Below are positions 36,040 to 50,538 of a stretch of 64,000 nucleotides of DNA, piece by piece (the first letter of the stretch is position 1; the number at the start of each line of letters is the position of its first letter). The notes beneath the pieces are model-generated. The model did no database searches. It was not told the origin of the DNA and worked only from the letters and a program-made list of their open reading frames with translations. The stretch comes from Tubulanus polymorphus. Lineage: Eukaryota > Animalia > Nemertea. Location of the stretch: NCBI RefSeq assembly GCF_964204645.1, contig NC_134026.1:27562150-27626149 (forward strand). Reading direction: 5' to 3'. A program made the position numbers and the translations under genes.

Positions 36040-39000
36040 CTTTCAATTTCAGTTTATTGCTCCACAAATAATACTTAATGCACAGAGCACAGAGTAGTTT
36101 ACAAAATAATAACAACGATATAATACACTTTTAATACAAAAAAAAGACACAAGATGGAATATCATGGCTTTAAACATATGATAATAAACCCTTTTTAACA
36201 AGTATTGCTAAATTACTCAAGGCTTTACCTTTAGAATTTAAAAGGTGTGCGAATCAATAAATGATAATTTACTAATTGATTAATTATCTATAATCCACGG
36301 TCGCAACGGTCAAACCTTGGAGGATTACTCCAAGGTCAAACAGACATCTAGTAACGATGTTCAACGAGAACAACCGCTTATAGCTAGCAAAACTCTATCG
36401 AAAAGAGCTCTATCGAAAAAATCGTTGTAACACTGATGGTGTCACACATTGCTATCCGCAAACCACTCCCATTTATGTAATATATAAATGTCTAAATATC
36501 TTATTTAAGGCATGATCTATATATTGACGAGCACCTTCTTGTTATATTGTCTTTTTGAAGTTGATAGTTGTTACATGGCAAATTATTCTATATTTTCGAT
36601 AGCTTGATTGGCATATCACCTGAAGGACTGTGATTTCAACTGTGTTATTCGCACCGGATATCCGTTTGTTACCTGGGCGTCTTTACGCTTAACTAGTTAT
36701 TTCCGATAGTAGTATACCCAACGGGTTGCGATTTATAGATTTTTGAATAGTAACGAATATCATAACCATATCATACTTTACTCGTGTTTACCGTATACAG
36801 TCAACTGTTACTTGATACGTCTAAAAGGAAAATTGACTATTATATATAATAATATTTCTTTTTAATGTAAAAGCTTTAGCTACTGGTGCGCGTGCGTGAA
36901 CAGATAATAATTGAACAAATGATAAGTTCATCTTACAAATTATGCGTGATCTATTTTCATTGAATCTTTCAAACATAGATCCAGAAATTTCTACGTTACT
37001 TTTTAATCGTTGTACAAACAGTATTTAGATAAAATCGAAAAAGTCCCAAAAATGTGTAACACGTGTGTCTGTCGCCTGTTTTCCTGTTCAGACGCTCTAT
37101 GATACATCATTACCCATCCCTCGAGCAGGAGCTGAACAAATTTAATGACGAACATTGACTTAACAACGTCTTAGAGTTTTAAACATGGATCCGATACGTT
37201 GAAATGTGGTTATCTTTTAAACATGAAATTAAATCAAAAATTGATCCAACCCATTAGAGCTAGTCGAGTGTCGTTTTGCTTTGATTGTCCATGGAGTAAT
37301 AGAAGTTTCAATCAGCCATCTACGGCGTAAGTGAAAAACTAAATGAAGTCTAAAATGAAGTTTCCTAATCAACCGTTCTGATAGAATTTTTATTTTTTAA
37401 AATGGACCTTAATCATCGTGATTTGCAGAGTATTTGGTTGTGTATTATCGCCCTGCGTCACAAAATTCCGACAGATAGATATCGCAAGCAAATCTACTAC
37501 AGGTCAGTAGAACAAAATAACCACAATATTTTCAATTACACCGGATACATGTTTCAGCATTTTTTTTTCTATCTTGAAATAGGGATTGTCCCTGTTATTT
37601 ATTTGGTTGGTAAATTTCATAGGATCTGAAAAATTTGAGCCCTTTTCGAGCAAGCTTATTAATTGCACTAGTGATGATATTTGAACGTCACCTGCCGTGC
37701 AATTCCGCGCTGAGGAGTGGTGTAGGAATATACCATGGTTTAGATTGTAAATTGAAATTACGGTGGGATGTGTTGTAAACTAAAAATTAGACACACATTC
37801 CTGGATATCTAATGGAAGCCATTCTTATTAATAAACTCTGAAATGGTAGCGTCCATATTTTAGCAGCCACGATGAACAATAGGTGTTCCAACACAGAACC
37901 ATTAACAGTACCGTGAATAATGAAACAAACGCCATTGTTTGAAGATATCTGTTGTATCAGTGTATATTTTTTTCATTTTGAATCGCGAATCACTAATGTG
38001 ATTCCGAAATGATTTCATAAATCGTCATCAAAGCCTAAATCACTCTTTGTAATCATATGTTAAGATATTCGCGATTAGTTGTGTCCAGAATTAAGCTGAA
38101 ATGTACAAAAACCCTAAATACAACTAATTCCCGAATATCTCCATTTCATACGTAAAAGGTTCGGTTTTCTTCATTCTCATTTCTAAGATATAACGATGTC
38201 GTTGTCTAATTTCCCGGTAATGATGCACTACTTTGCTGTGTATTGATTGGTTGAAAGTATGAAATGTTAGCTTCGTCTATGAGTCGATGGTTTGATTGGT
38301 GAACCAGACTTCGCTAGTAACAGTAGGAATTTACCGTAACTGAAGAAGTCGCATCAACAAATCTATTCCTGCCGACTAAAATTCAGATTTTTATACACCT
38401 TACTGAGATCTAGTTTCGGCCGTAGACCCGTGACACAAAATCTACTTTGCAGAAAACCATTTTTGCAACTGGAGACTTCGTATCAGATTGCGCTAGCGAA
38501 ACAAGTAATTTGATTACTTTATCAGAAAGTCGACGAAAATTTCAGACGGGGCTTATTTCAAAGATAAATCAAGGTAGGTATTTTTTTCTTTGCAAATTGC
38601 AGGATAGTAATATGTTTATACCCCCTATTTATGGGTGTCTATAGCTCTGCTCAGATAAATCACTAATGTAATCATCATCATTAGAACTATTTGAAAAATT
38701 GATGAAACTGGTTAGATATCTCTCCCCATTAATTCGTTGCCATATAGATGATTTTTTGTGGAATGAAAAATATTTATATAAGGATGACAAATAGCGGCTT
38801 TTAGCATGAACATTTATACATTTTTTTAGTGCATATTTAGATCGCAAATTCTCCCTAAGGTATTTTTTGGTCTCTGACTGAAGATCATTACGACCGCGGA
38901 GACTTCACATAGATTTTTACAAACGCCTAGCTGGCCGATCGCGAAGTCCGAGCACACCAGTGCCCAAAACCGCGTTCCTGTCCCGAGGGCTTAGCATGCT

Positions 39001-42000
39001 CATATCTATTTCTACTAATTTTAGCGATAACTTTTTTAAGTAGGTAGATGACATTTGATGTTCAGTTTAGTTCAACGACACTGATTTGACGTATAGCGCG
39101 TATAAATACAGTTTACAGTTTACATAAATATAAATATAAACAAATACATTTCTCGTCAATTTGCCAAGAATCAGAGAAATCTTAAATAAAAAGGAGATGA
39201 GAGAACATAACTATAATTACTCAATTCGTACTGACATTAAAATGACATTTTTCGCGTGCCATTCTTATCCTCTAAAAAGGCTTTCGAATTATTCATTTAT
39301 CTAATTTTTCCTTCCAATTGTTGCCGATTTGAATACGATTTCTCTAAAAAAAAAAAAAACGATTACGATAATATTGATCTCATAGTGTCCTTTGTCAATC
39401 GGTGTCTCGTTTCGCGACCATCGTTTAAACTTGCAAGAATCCTGTACGTTCTCTTGTACTCACTTGACGCGTGACGCTTTCATACTCGAGGAATCAATAC
39501 GATGCAGCGATTACGTGTTAATTACTAATTACAATGACGTTTGATCAATGAAAATCGCTTCTCTCAAGTAACATATTATGCATTATATCAGTGTAGAATG
39601 TCTTTGTAGGAGACTGCGTATGTTTTGACGTCATCGAAACGTACAATAACGGGACATGTCAGTGGTTGAGTGGTAGAGATGCAACAGGCCCAAATGCACA
39701 CGGCATAACACGTGACTTATAATAGCACTCATAATTTTGGGAAGAAAACAAAATTTCATTTGATTGAAGATAAATTTACGTGAAAAGTTTTCCAATCGCC
39801 ATTTTGTAAATTTACCAAGTATACATATAGATTTATATCATTTTTGAAAGATGGAAAATAGTGGGAATACAGGATGTCAAATTTCTATGGTTCTCATTTT
39901 ATAAAATATATATCTAAAGGGTACCTTCCTAGGTCACCGTATACACATCTAGAATATGTACCTTTTTGATACCCCAAATGTGTTCAGATTGCATCTCAGA
40001 CCCCAAAAAATTTCTGGGGAGTGCCCCAGTTACCTTTCCAAGTTAAGCTGTACTCATAACCCTACCTCCGCCCCTGGAACCGCTAGAAATGATGACGCCT
40101 TAGGCTGCCGCCTTATAGGTAAAAGTGACATATAACTTATGGATTTTAGTGAAATGTGTGTAAATGTGTGTATTAAACATACAATTCAATTTGATGCATG
40201 AAACAAAATACATTATGTCGATTATACCAATTGAAGAAGACCCATTCCTTTTAATTTCTATATTTTAGATTTTTAACAAATTTATTATCAACCAATTTTC
40301 ACCGTGAATCAATTGCTGGAAACTACTTTAGTTATCATTTTAGCCTCCGGGGTAAGATATTGTATAACAGCATGCGTGCGTATACGTACGTACGCCGTAC
40401 GCTGATACGGGTTTGATTTTCAAAAACGAAGAAATATTTCACTTCAAAGAAGGTCGCGTCTGTTTTCAGAACGAGCTCCTCAATGAAAAAATAAATAATG
40501 TGTTAAATAATGTGTTAAAACTTGAAAATATGTGAAAGACGTTTCTAGAAGAGTATCTTGCGAGATTCTCGTGTAAGATTTTTTTAAACGCGTTCAATAT
40601 AATAATTGGCAACACGTTTAAACTAACGAATACTAAATCTTTCTAGAAAACAACACCTGTGTCCATGCAATTACCGACGTCTTGCACTAGTTGCCGATGG
40701 GTGTAGCGACAATGAAATGAACACGCTGCGAAATCAATGGCAACTTAATCGAGCTGCTAGCGTCTTAACTCTTCCCATAAAAATACACGAAACCACCTAA
40801 AAAGAAAGTTGATTACGCGTCAATATTTGTGGTTTTGCAGTCGTGCTGTGCGCTTGATTTCAATTCTATCGGTAGATTTTACATACAATATATCTAAACA
40901 TATCGATACGTCTGCGGAACACTAGAACATGTATATAGAAATAATGTTTCTCACTTAATCCCTTGAGAATGTAACTTTAATCATTTTGATTCTCACATCC
41001 GACGAATTGAATAATCTCCTCCTCCCCACAAAATAACGCGTGTCTACTAATTATATAGCTTTCTCTGAGCCGCAGTCGCTTGGCAAATCTGGAGGTTTAC
41101 GAATAGAAACCCCCAACCATGAAACAATTACAGATGAAAATTTATAGATTTCTTTTAGTTAATTGTTCACTGAATTGAATTTGCGTGCTTAAGTAGACGA
41201 TAACACATTAGCGCGCGTATAGATAAAATTGACGACTTTCTGTAGAATGACGTATAGATTTTTGTGTCTGACTGAATACTGACTTTTTTCACCTTGCAAA
41301 AAACTCCGATATCATATCAATAGCATATTATTCCGATTTTTTCCGTCCAAGAACTTTGTTTGAAACCGTGAAATATGAGAAATTATTATCCTGAACAGAA
41401 GAATCGTTGTTACCGGTAAATAGAGATGTACCCATTGAATTTTACAATGTCACATAGGGAATAAAATTGACTACATACTATCATATGACTGGGAGTCGAC
41501 GAGTCTAGCACCTCTCTGATATGATACCATGCAGAGTTTATGACAATACCGAGGAGAATCTCAGAAAGTCATACATGTCTTAAACATGTTCTCTTTTGAA
41601 TTTTGCTTCGACTGCAGTTGAAACTTTATAAGATTGCTCATAAGCGAGGGTGGCATGTGTGAAGAAAAACCAAATTTGTATATATATCGTATTTCTTTAA
41701 GAAATATGAACAAAATTAATTTTCTCTGAACTTCATGTTTAGATTGTTATTCGATAAGAAACCAACGTTGTTGATTCACCGTGTGTTTAAATTCACGATC
41801 TGAGCATATCAAACGAAATACAACCCACTAATTAAGACGAACAATAATGCATTTTATAAACAGGTTATTGTGACAGTTATGGATGCTATAATTAAGCGAC
41901 TATTATAAATGAATGTGGTATCTCATCACTGAAGCTTTATCATGATTAATTACTTATTCGGTGTAATACCGTATTTCCGAGTACGAAGATCGTGAATTCA

Positions 42001-45000
42001 ACGACAAATATTCTTAAACGTTTCGATAAATTGAATTAGCATTTTATCACTGACAACATTATCGTTTGGAAAAATACGGGTTGTGGTTTAAAAAGGGGTT
42101 AGAAATAGAGGTTTATTGGTTATCGATTGATGAATATGATAAAGCCAAGCGGACACACCCATGTATTATGATACTTAATTCAAAATATGGAAAAATCATG
42201 GTTAAAAGTATTAGTTCATTAGTTGAATAAAACCACGTGTTGTCGTACCTGGATAAAGCATCGTATTTCAACCACCCGAGGGGTGTTACGGTACACATAA
42301 AATACGCATAGTTCATTGAACGCCTCCACGTATATTCGTAAGAGACTAACCAGTATAATCTTCTGTTGTTCCTGAAAAATGTAATCAATCACGTATCAAA
42401 CGATTAATCACTTTGACGATAGTATGATTCAATTTTGCGTAGGTTTTCAATCTATTATTTCTGCACCAGACACAACTAATTTTTCTATGTATAATACATA
42501 ATAACACAAACTGTGTATTTACATCACCTATTTACGAAACCTGACACAAAGGAATAGATGTTGACTTGAAATGCCCACACAACTGACAAATTCTGCGAAA
42601 CGAAACTCCGGTTCCTCATTTGACCCCCCCCCCCAGCAATATTGCGATTGAGTGCTGGGTATGAAGGTTGCACATTCGTCATAAAACAGCAATGTCTTCT
42701 TTACATAACTAGGCGTTTTTGTCACGTCTTGTGTTTTGCAAGGTTGTAACTTCAGTTATGAATACAACTAATGTGTTACCTTTTCCCTGGAGTTTTTACA
42801 TGTTGCGGGATCTTCAATTTCAATCCCTTTTCGATATTCACATATCTAGATGGTTTTCTTACTCAAAAATTACATTAGCGCATTATATGACACATTGTGA
42901 TATATATCAAATGGTGCCTGATGACAAATTACATCGATTAAATAGAGATTACAACTATTTCCTGGGATTTGTGCTGATTCTCGTCTGTTAATTAATAACA
43001 TCCTTTCTTTTTCGCATCATATATGTGATGACTTTTCTCCTCTCGCGTATTACCGGGGGTGTTGAATAAACGTGATGTTCAACCTTGAACGCGATGAAAT
43101 TCAAGGTGAAATATTTACGTAGAACAAAAGAACAACTGGTACCATGGTTCCTAAAGAAACTTGGGATCGATTCAACAGCCAAATAAATTCATTGTAATTA
43201 TATATAGTTGACTATGATAAAGCACAATCTATTCACTCAATTCTATTCGATTTCAATTATCTGCACGCATATTTTAGAGGGTCACCCATCCTTCCCATCA
43301 CGTGTCATTTGCGACATTCTCGTAAAAACGTGATGAAATACTATTGCCTTTTAATTTCCTGTGGTTTTATAGTGATTGCTGATTTCCGTGCGAAGGTGGA
43401 TTAGAATTGATAACTGATATGTTATAACTGTCTGATTTTAATGGACGAACAATTATCTCAAAAGTTCACGAGATTTAATCACTTCCCCGCATTGGTATTT
43501 TCTCCAGCATACTTCAAAAGGATAATTCTTGTATATGAATGAATATGGATTATTAACAATGATATGATTATTTCATAGACAGTCACATTTTTCGTGGTAC
43601 ATGTATATGTAACTTTCCTATTCTATCTCTTCTGGAGCTGCAGACGTTACGGACAATGCGAACATCCTAGTCGTGATTCATTAATAATCAAATCAACCAT
43701 CTCGGATTTCAACGCAGATTTGAATCATTGTATCTTAGAAATGATTCCAAATACAGCAAATTTACAGCTCAGAAGGACTAAAGTAATTTAGTTCGAGGTA
43801 CTGACAATATCCGATGTAAGTTCACCCTTTGCTGTCAGGATAAAAAGCATAGCATCCGCCAGACAGCGATTTGGTTGGAGATTTCACTTCTAACAGACAA
43901 TAGACACGGTTCTCGTTCATTAATTACTGACTGGTCAGCCTGTCACGATTTCCACATCACTTACACCGCCTAAAACACTGACGCACCTTATCATTTCCTG
44001 GCCGATTATGGTTTGGGATTTGGGGTAATAGAAAACATTTATTCGCAGTTTTGTTAACGCCCGTTTGTATTCAGCTATAGTTAAAGCTACCGGTACACCA
44101 GGAACCATTAATGTTTTAGCTGGACCAACGTATATTTTCACATTTGTTATAATCACACTTCTGCAGCATGAGGCCACTCAAATTTTGTTAACACTCATTC
44201 TGCTACATTGTTAAAATGACAGTGCTTTTCTCCCAAAAAAGTCCGCCTGATATGTTCATTCGAAATTCGGTCATCATCCAAATCATCCAAATAAAATAGA
44301 CGCATCTTCAGGTCATATCACAACCTGCCTCACATGGGCCACCGTGATATTTACACTAGCATTAAGTAGCTTATCTAGATCATGTGCAACGAATCAATCA
44401 TATACGTATAACGCCATCCCATCTATAGACATATATAGAACAGACCAGGAAACCTCACAGACAAGTTTGCCATCCGCAAAAGGGTTTTATTACTTAATTC
44501 CCACTTACAGCAGGTAAAACGGTACGTAAAAATTAGATCGATTTTTCACAATCTTTCCATAACCCGAAGCGCCATAAAATATGTGATTCATTTAGCAAAC
44601 GTAACTTGTTATGAACTAAACATATTTATTCATTCAACTTTATCCGAGTAAGTCACCGCGAGTAATTCAGTTTTGACTTGGTGAACCAAAATGGGATCGT
44701 ATCGAAAAGTAAGTGATGAAAACTCGATACTTAGCAATATTCCTCATAGGAAAACTTTGCTATACCGGCGTCTTTGAAAAGCAATGCGGATTATAGGTTT
44801 TTAATAATCTGGTTTGTCGACAGGACTACCTTGAATGCCATATAAAATGCGGTAGTACTTCAATAGCCATACAGCAAAGCATCACGAATTCAAAAAATTG
44901 TGTATCCGTTATAAGATACCTACATGCTGATAAAATGCATTCCCTTTTAAGGTCACCTTATCTCTTCGTTTGGCAAACCTTTCACGCAAACAATACTTAG

Positions 45001-45161
45001 ATTTTGGTAAACATCTCACAACAATTGTGAGGTTCTTATCGGCGAAGGCCCGTCGAGTATATCAGATCCACCGGTTCAGATAAATATGAATTCTGAAATA
45101 AAGGACTTTTCTCTGATAACGATTGCCGGCATATGGTGGTGGATGGAGACATTATAAACTT

Positions 45162-45207
45162 TCTGCCGATTAAAGTAAGATTACTCTGCCGATTAAAGTA
45201 AGATTAC
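45162..45207. repeat. 23-bp perfect tandem duplication
   Basis: tctgccgattaaagtaagattac x2. Confidence 0.9.
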
Positions 45208-47302
45208 TAAGGATTTAAGTTTACTAAGTATTTCGTGGTAGAAATGTGTGCAATTTCGTATCGAATCATTTCAAACACATTACCTTGTATGAATCAATAT
45301 ACCACGTTTTAAAACATGACTATAATGGTGTTCGAATCGAAATCTGAATTCGATACGTGTGTTGTTACCTAGTTTTAGCGGCAAGAAATGGATAGGAATA
45401 TGATATTTTTGACGATCGTCAAATAATCGTCTGGTTATTGATACCAGATCTCTTCTATATACTGGTCACGTTTGGATATGAAACGCGCGAAATTAACTGG
45501 AATAGAAACGGCGAATAGCCGAATAGAAGGGGGTGTAAAGTCTAATCTAACTATCTAATTTGTTAGTAATGTTGTTTGCAGGACGTGGAAGCCGTTATGG
45601 TGGCCGCAAATACGACAAATGCCGCAAGAATTTCAATATTACATTCAATACGCCCCCAAACGCTAATTTCATCACATCACTGATGGATATTCCTGAGTAA
45701 ACTTCTTTCAATATATCAAACACTTTTGGCAGTTTACGTAGCCTTCATACAGAATCAATCTCCAAATTCAGTCTTCATTTTGCTTTTACAAGTAACTTTA
45801 ACAGATGTTAGATTGAAACAGAGTGCCGTGGCTTGGCGTCTCTGAACTATCATATTATTCACATAATACTGTCAACCTATACAATAATACCTTAGCAACC
45901 CTAGCTCGGTAGTGATACAAGTCAAATACCACTGGATTCGTGTACTTCGAGAACATAAACTATGAAATGCTCAAAATGAGAAAGTGCTTTTTGAATAATG
46001 TAGATTTAAAGGGGACATGTCATTTTTATTGCCCATTCTCTATGCGTCGATCGTATTTTACCCGAGCTAATTTTCACAGCAATTTCAATTGTCATCGACA
46101 TTGCTTTGGTGATTATTGACTATAGTTTTTGTTTTATATACAAACAATAAGCTTGTTTTCTTTCTAAACGGATGTGGAAATGTATCAGATCAGATCGCGA
46201 CAAGGAATCGCATTCTTTCGTAGGCCTAAATACTTCCCAGACGATAGGCAATGACGAGAAGATATGTTCGACATCACTTTTCCCCGTTCAAACTCTTATT
46301 CATCGTATCGGATTTTTCTGACTGTTTTGAGACTTGTCTAGAATAATTTCCTTCTACACAACCACCATTTCATTGAATAGGGACATTCAGTGTAATACAG
46401 CACGATTAGATGAGCTCATCATAGCTTTATTTTCGTACGCAGGGAATTACAAGATAATTGTTAAGTTCGACAAAATGCGCAATAATATGAATTCTCCATT
46501 AACCTCCCTCTGACTATCATTCAGTTTAATGGTGTTTGCACGGGGGTCTATTATCGGTGGTACCCGTCTCAAAGATTTACGATTCACAAGTAGAAGTAAT
46601 CCTGCTCAAGTTTCCACGAGCGTGTTACCAGTAATCATTATGTAAACCAAACCAGGACATTTTCATCGGGAGCAAAAAACGCCAAAGTACCTTCCAGAAT
46701 ATCGATATGAAGCCACGGAGTTAGAAGATAATGGGAACATGTTTTCACAATGTGAATTACATGATTTTATATAAAAAAATTCCTAAAATGTACATCCATT
46801 TTCTCATGGATTGGTAGGTTTAACTGGCGTGATCAGAATCAAGTCACGTGGCCATTAGATCATTTGGTTTCGTGATATTTCTTTCGAAAGGAAAATTTGC
46901 TTTGTGTGATCTGAGAATAATTTCAAGAATTTAGTCGGGAATGCTTTTTCGTGATTGATATTATGACGGATATTCGATATCGAGGGAGATTTGTTGACTG
47001 CATCTAACAAATCCATGGGAGACAATGGAACTCAGAAAAAAATTAAATTGAGCGTAGGCTTGCTCGCGAAATAGACACCATAGAAATTGATTGTCAATGC
47101 CAATCCGCATCTGTTGGAACAAAGACGTGACTTTCCGGTTAAAGACCGTTAAAGAACGGACGTTTTCACACATGAATATACATATTGCTATATAGGTTAC
47201 TGCATCTTTCACCGGACACGCATCACACTTATCATCATTACTCAGTCACGATTAAAAGGGATTTCTTTTTCTCTTTGCTACAGTTCATCTCCTACTGTCA
47301 CA

Positions 47303-49144
47303 ATGAACAGATTACTGACTGGTATTCGAAGTTTAACATGGCTTATTGTGATGTTCACGTTTGTGATTTACTGTTCCGGTTGTTTTGTCCGAAATTGTCC
47401 ACCCGGTGGCAAGCGAGGTTTAGCGGATAACAGTTATGCAATTCGAGAGGTGAGTACTATATCAATAATGCCTTTTGATTTCATCATCACATAAATATAA
47501 TTTTTTTTCGTATTTCCTTGTTGCGTGATGAATGAATTTTCACCAGAAGTAGAGCTCAATCGTGTATCATTCTGATCGAACCACATGTGCAGATTTTCAC
47601 TTAATTTTCTTTAGCCACGAGCGCTTAAAAGAGCCTCAGCAAAAAAGGGTAAACTAAAAATCAAAAGCGAGTCAAGTGTAGTTTATTTCCATTAATGTTC
47701 TTCTCACCAGTGAACAACTAATATCCCTACGGCTCAGTATCGGATGGTGGGTGTTCTCTTTTTTTGATCATAGATGACGAAGTCCTTAAAGATTTCAAAG
47801 TCCTCGATACGATTAAGTTTTATTTTCATTCTTTTTAGTGTATGTTATGTATGGATAATCGAGGCACATGCGTCGGGCCGAATATTTGCTGTGGAGCCAG
47901 TATTGGTTGCCACATAGGAACCAAACAAGCAGAGGAATGCGCTAAAGAAAACGACTCCACAACTCCGTGTCAGGTTCCCGGCAAAACATGTGGACCCGAA
48001 GGAGAGGGAAACTGTGTTGCCGATGGAATATGCTGTACCTCAGGTAAAAGCAAATTGAGTGTGAACTGTTATAAGAAAAGGTGCTCAGGCCCGAAAGATT
48101 AGAAAACCCTAAAGGCGAATTTCTGGATATTTCTTTAGTGACACCAAACGAGCTAGTTTTTCTAAATGAATGCAGCGATCTACAGTTAGAAAAGTAAACG
48201 ACCTGTATATACATGTAATAATTCCAACTACCAAAATTACACTTCCCGCTTTTTACCACATGGTTCATTACGAACGAACGCTATGAAGAAAATGATTCAG
48301 CTGGTGATGTTGTATGGAGGGTGGTTTTTGACCCCGGGGAATTGCATGTGAAGACGTCACTTGACTTAAGTATGAAGGGGTATATCAAGCGTGAAAAACA
48401 AACTGACTGGTTGAACATTGTATTGACACGCACAGACCAAACGACTCTCTTCGAAACGTGTGTGAATCCTTCACGAACTTATTATTTGACGAGGGTCATG
48501 TTATTTACATATACTATTTTCTACTGTCAGTTATAGCTAATAGCTACTCCGCTGTGATTTTCAAGATTTTCGTTCAGATCAAATATCGATAATTGCTCGA
48601 TGACGTATGAATATCAATTTATCGCAGACGTAACTTTTTAGCTGCTGTCGTTATCAATTAGTCTTAATCATCGGAGTAGGCTAACCGCGGTATATTTGGC
48701 TACTATTTGAATGACTAACGGTTAGGCATTCAAATAGTTGCCAAATGCACGTACGAAAAATACATTTGACCTATGCCCAACTTACAACGAATGAATTACT
48801 CGGTATAAATACTGATGACATGCAATTATAAACTGACACGTACGATTTTATTTTCAAATGTTTTTCGATCGCTGATGTGGAATTCAAATTTCGAGAGTTG
48901 TTGCGGTGTAGGATACATGGAAATCCGCTAGTTATCGTGTCTTTTCACAAACATAGCGATGACGCTGAAATTATCTATCAACCGTGTAAATTCTTGATTA
49001 CTGTTTTCTTTTTCAGACGCGTGCGCACTTGATAACTCATGCAAACAGAAAGGAATGTCAGTTCAGCAAAGACGGGATGAACTGGTGGAATTGTTAAAAA
49101 GAGTACTAGAAAGCAAGAGATTAAGTTTAAATCAACGGGACTGA
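47303..49144 (+). CDS. Oxytocin/vasopressin-family (vasotocin/conopressin-type) neuropeptide-neurophysin precursor
   Basis: Exons 47303-47448, 47839-48043, 49017-49144: signal peptide, CFVRNCPPG-GKR, 14-Cys neurophysin, Leu-rich tail; canonical three-exon layout. Confidence 0.96.
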
Positions 49145-50538
49145 AATAACATACCGAACTATTATGTACATATTATACATATCTATACAACAGTTCCCTT
49201 CGCGATGTTTATTGCGGAAAATAGCGCGAAAATTATTTTTGTATATGGATAACGCATTTGCAGAATTTCACGGTCTCATCAATACTGCCTCCCACCGAAA
49301 TTCAAGAACACGAGAGACACACAGAGAGAGATAGAGACGCCGATGAGACGCTGATATGAAACCATACCTGTAGAGTAACGCACCGATTACGACGCAATAT
49401 ATTGGACATATTACGATTATTTATATATATTATACATGTTTAAGACGTTTTCAGGCGTAAAAAACTCCCGAAGAAACGATTGTAAGACTTGGTGTCCAAT
49501 AAGCGGTATTATATCCTAAATGAATCCTTATTCATTTGAGTATCAATGATTACATCAAATTACCAAGATCTCTGTAATGTTCTCTATCAAGTAAAAGTAA
49601 ATCACTATAAAAATAGATATTTTTTGATTTAGTTGATTTTTATTCCGACAAGAAATTTCTAACTTCATCGTTCGTTGGCGGTATTTTACTGAAGTCAATT
49701 CCAGAACTTTTGATTTGTAGTTTATCATAGAGGAAATGGTGTATTTCTATTGAACTAGTGCGAAAATCACCCAAAAACGACTGTAAGACAACACGATATA
49801 CCTAATCTGTGAATATATTGAAAATTGTAAATACATATTTTCGTTCAATCGCAACCTTGTTCTCCCTTCATTTTTTCTTCATTGTGTCGAACTGTGATGT
49901 ACATTCTTTCCACAAACCCCGAAATCGGCTGGCTGTCACTAAAAAAATGTTCACGATAAATATGGTAGCGATATTATCGACTCTTGCGCGAAAAAGGCTC
50001 CAAAGATATGAATCGAACCAAATGTCCAGGAGGAGGTGGGTGTATAAAAATGGAGGTAGAAATTGATTCAAATTGACATCCCTGTAGGAGGAATTATACA
50101 CGCGTATTCAAACAAAACATTTGAACGAAGAAAACCCCACACAAATCATTCCAAAAACGGCTGCTAAAGAAAAGATGATTTACATTTCAATTAGATTATT
50201 TACATTAGGGGATTCGAGTTTCTTAAATACTCTTCGTTTACTTTAGATTAAAATATGCAGAAAACCCTATATAGATATGAGATTCTGTCAACGCGCATTA
50301 CTCGTTGAATTATATATTTGGTCTCAAATGCCTCAAACACCTAGCGCATGAATATTCCTGACGAATGCAACTGTGACAGATGCTGCACTAGATCTCAACG
50401 CGTGCTAGAGCGCGCGGGACTATTGTTGACGGCGGCCATTGCTCGCGATGGATGCCGGGTGTACGTCATATCTGACGCATACACAATAGCAGAAATGGAG
50501 TAGAAATTCGTGATTCAGACAATAAAACGCACAGAAAA

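Noticed and set aside
35497-36071. Several overlapping ORFs with similar peptides (GSNPCRGRM / GSSPCRGRM)
   Set aside because: Artefact of the inverted arms of the fold-back element.
39990-40076. Second CTCCGCCCCTG end similar to the 3619 MITE
   Set aside because: Only one terminus recognisable; boundaries cannot be set.
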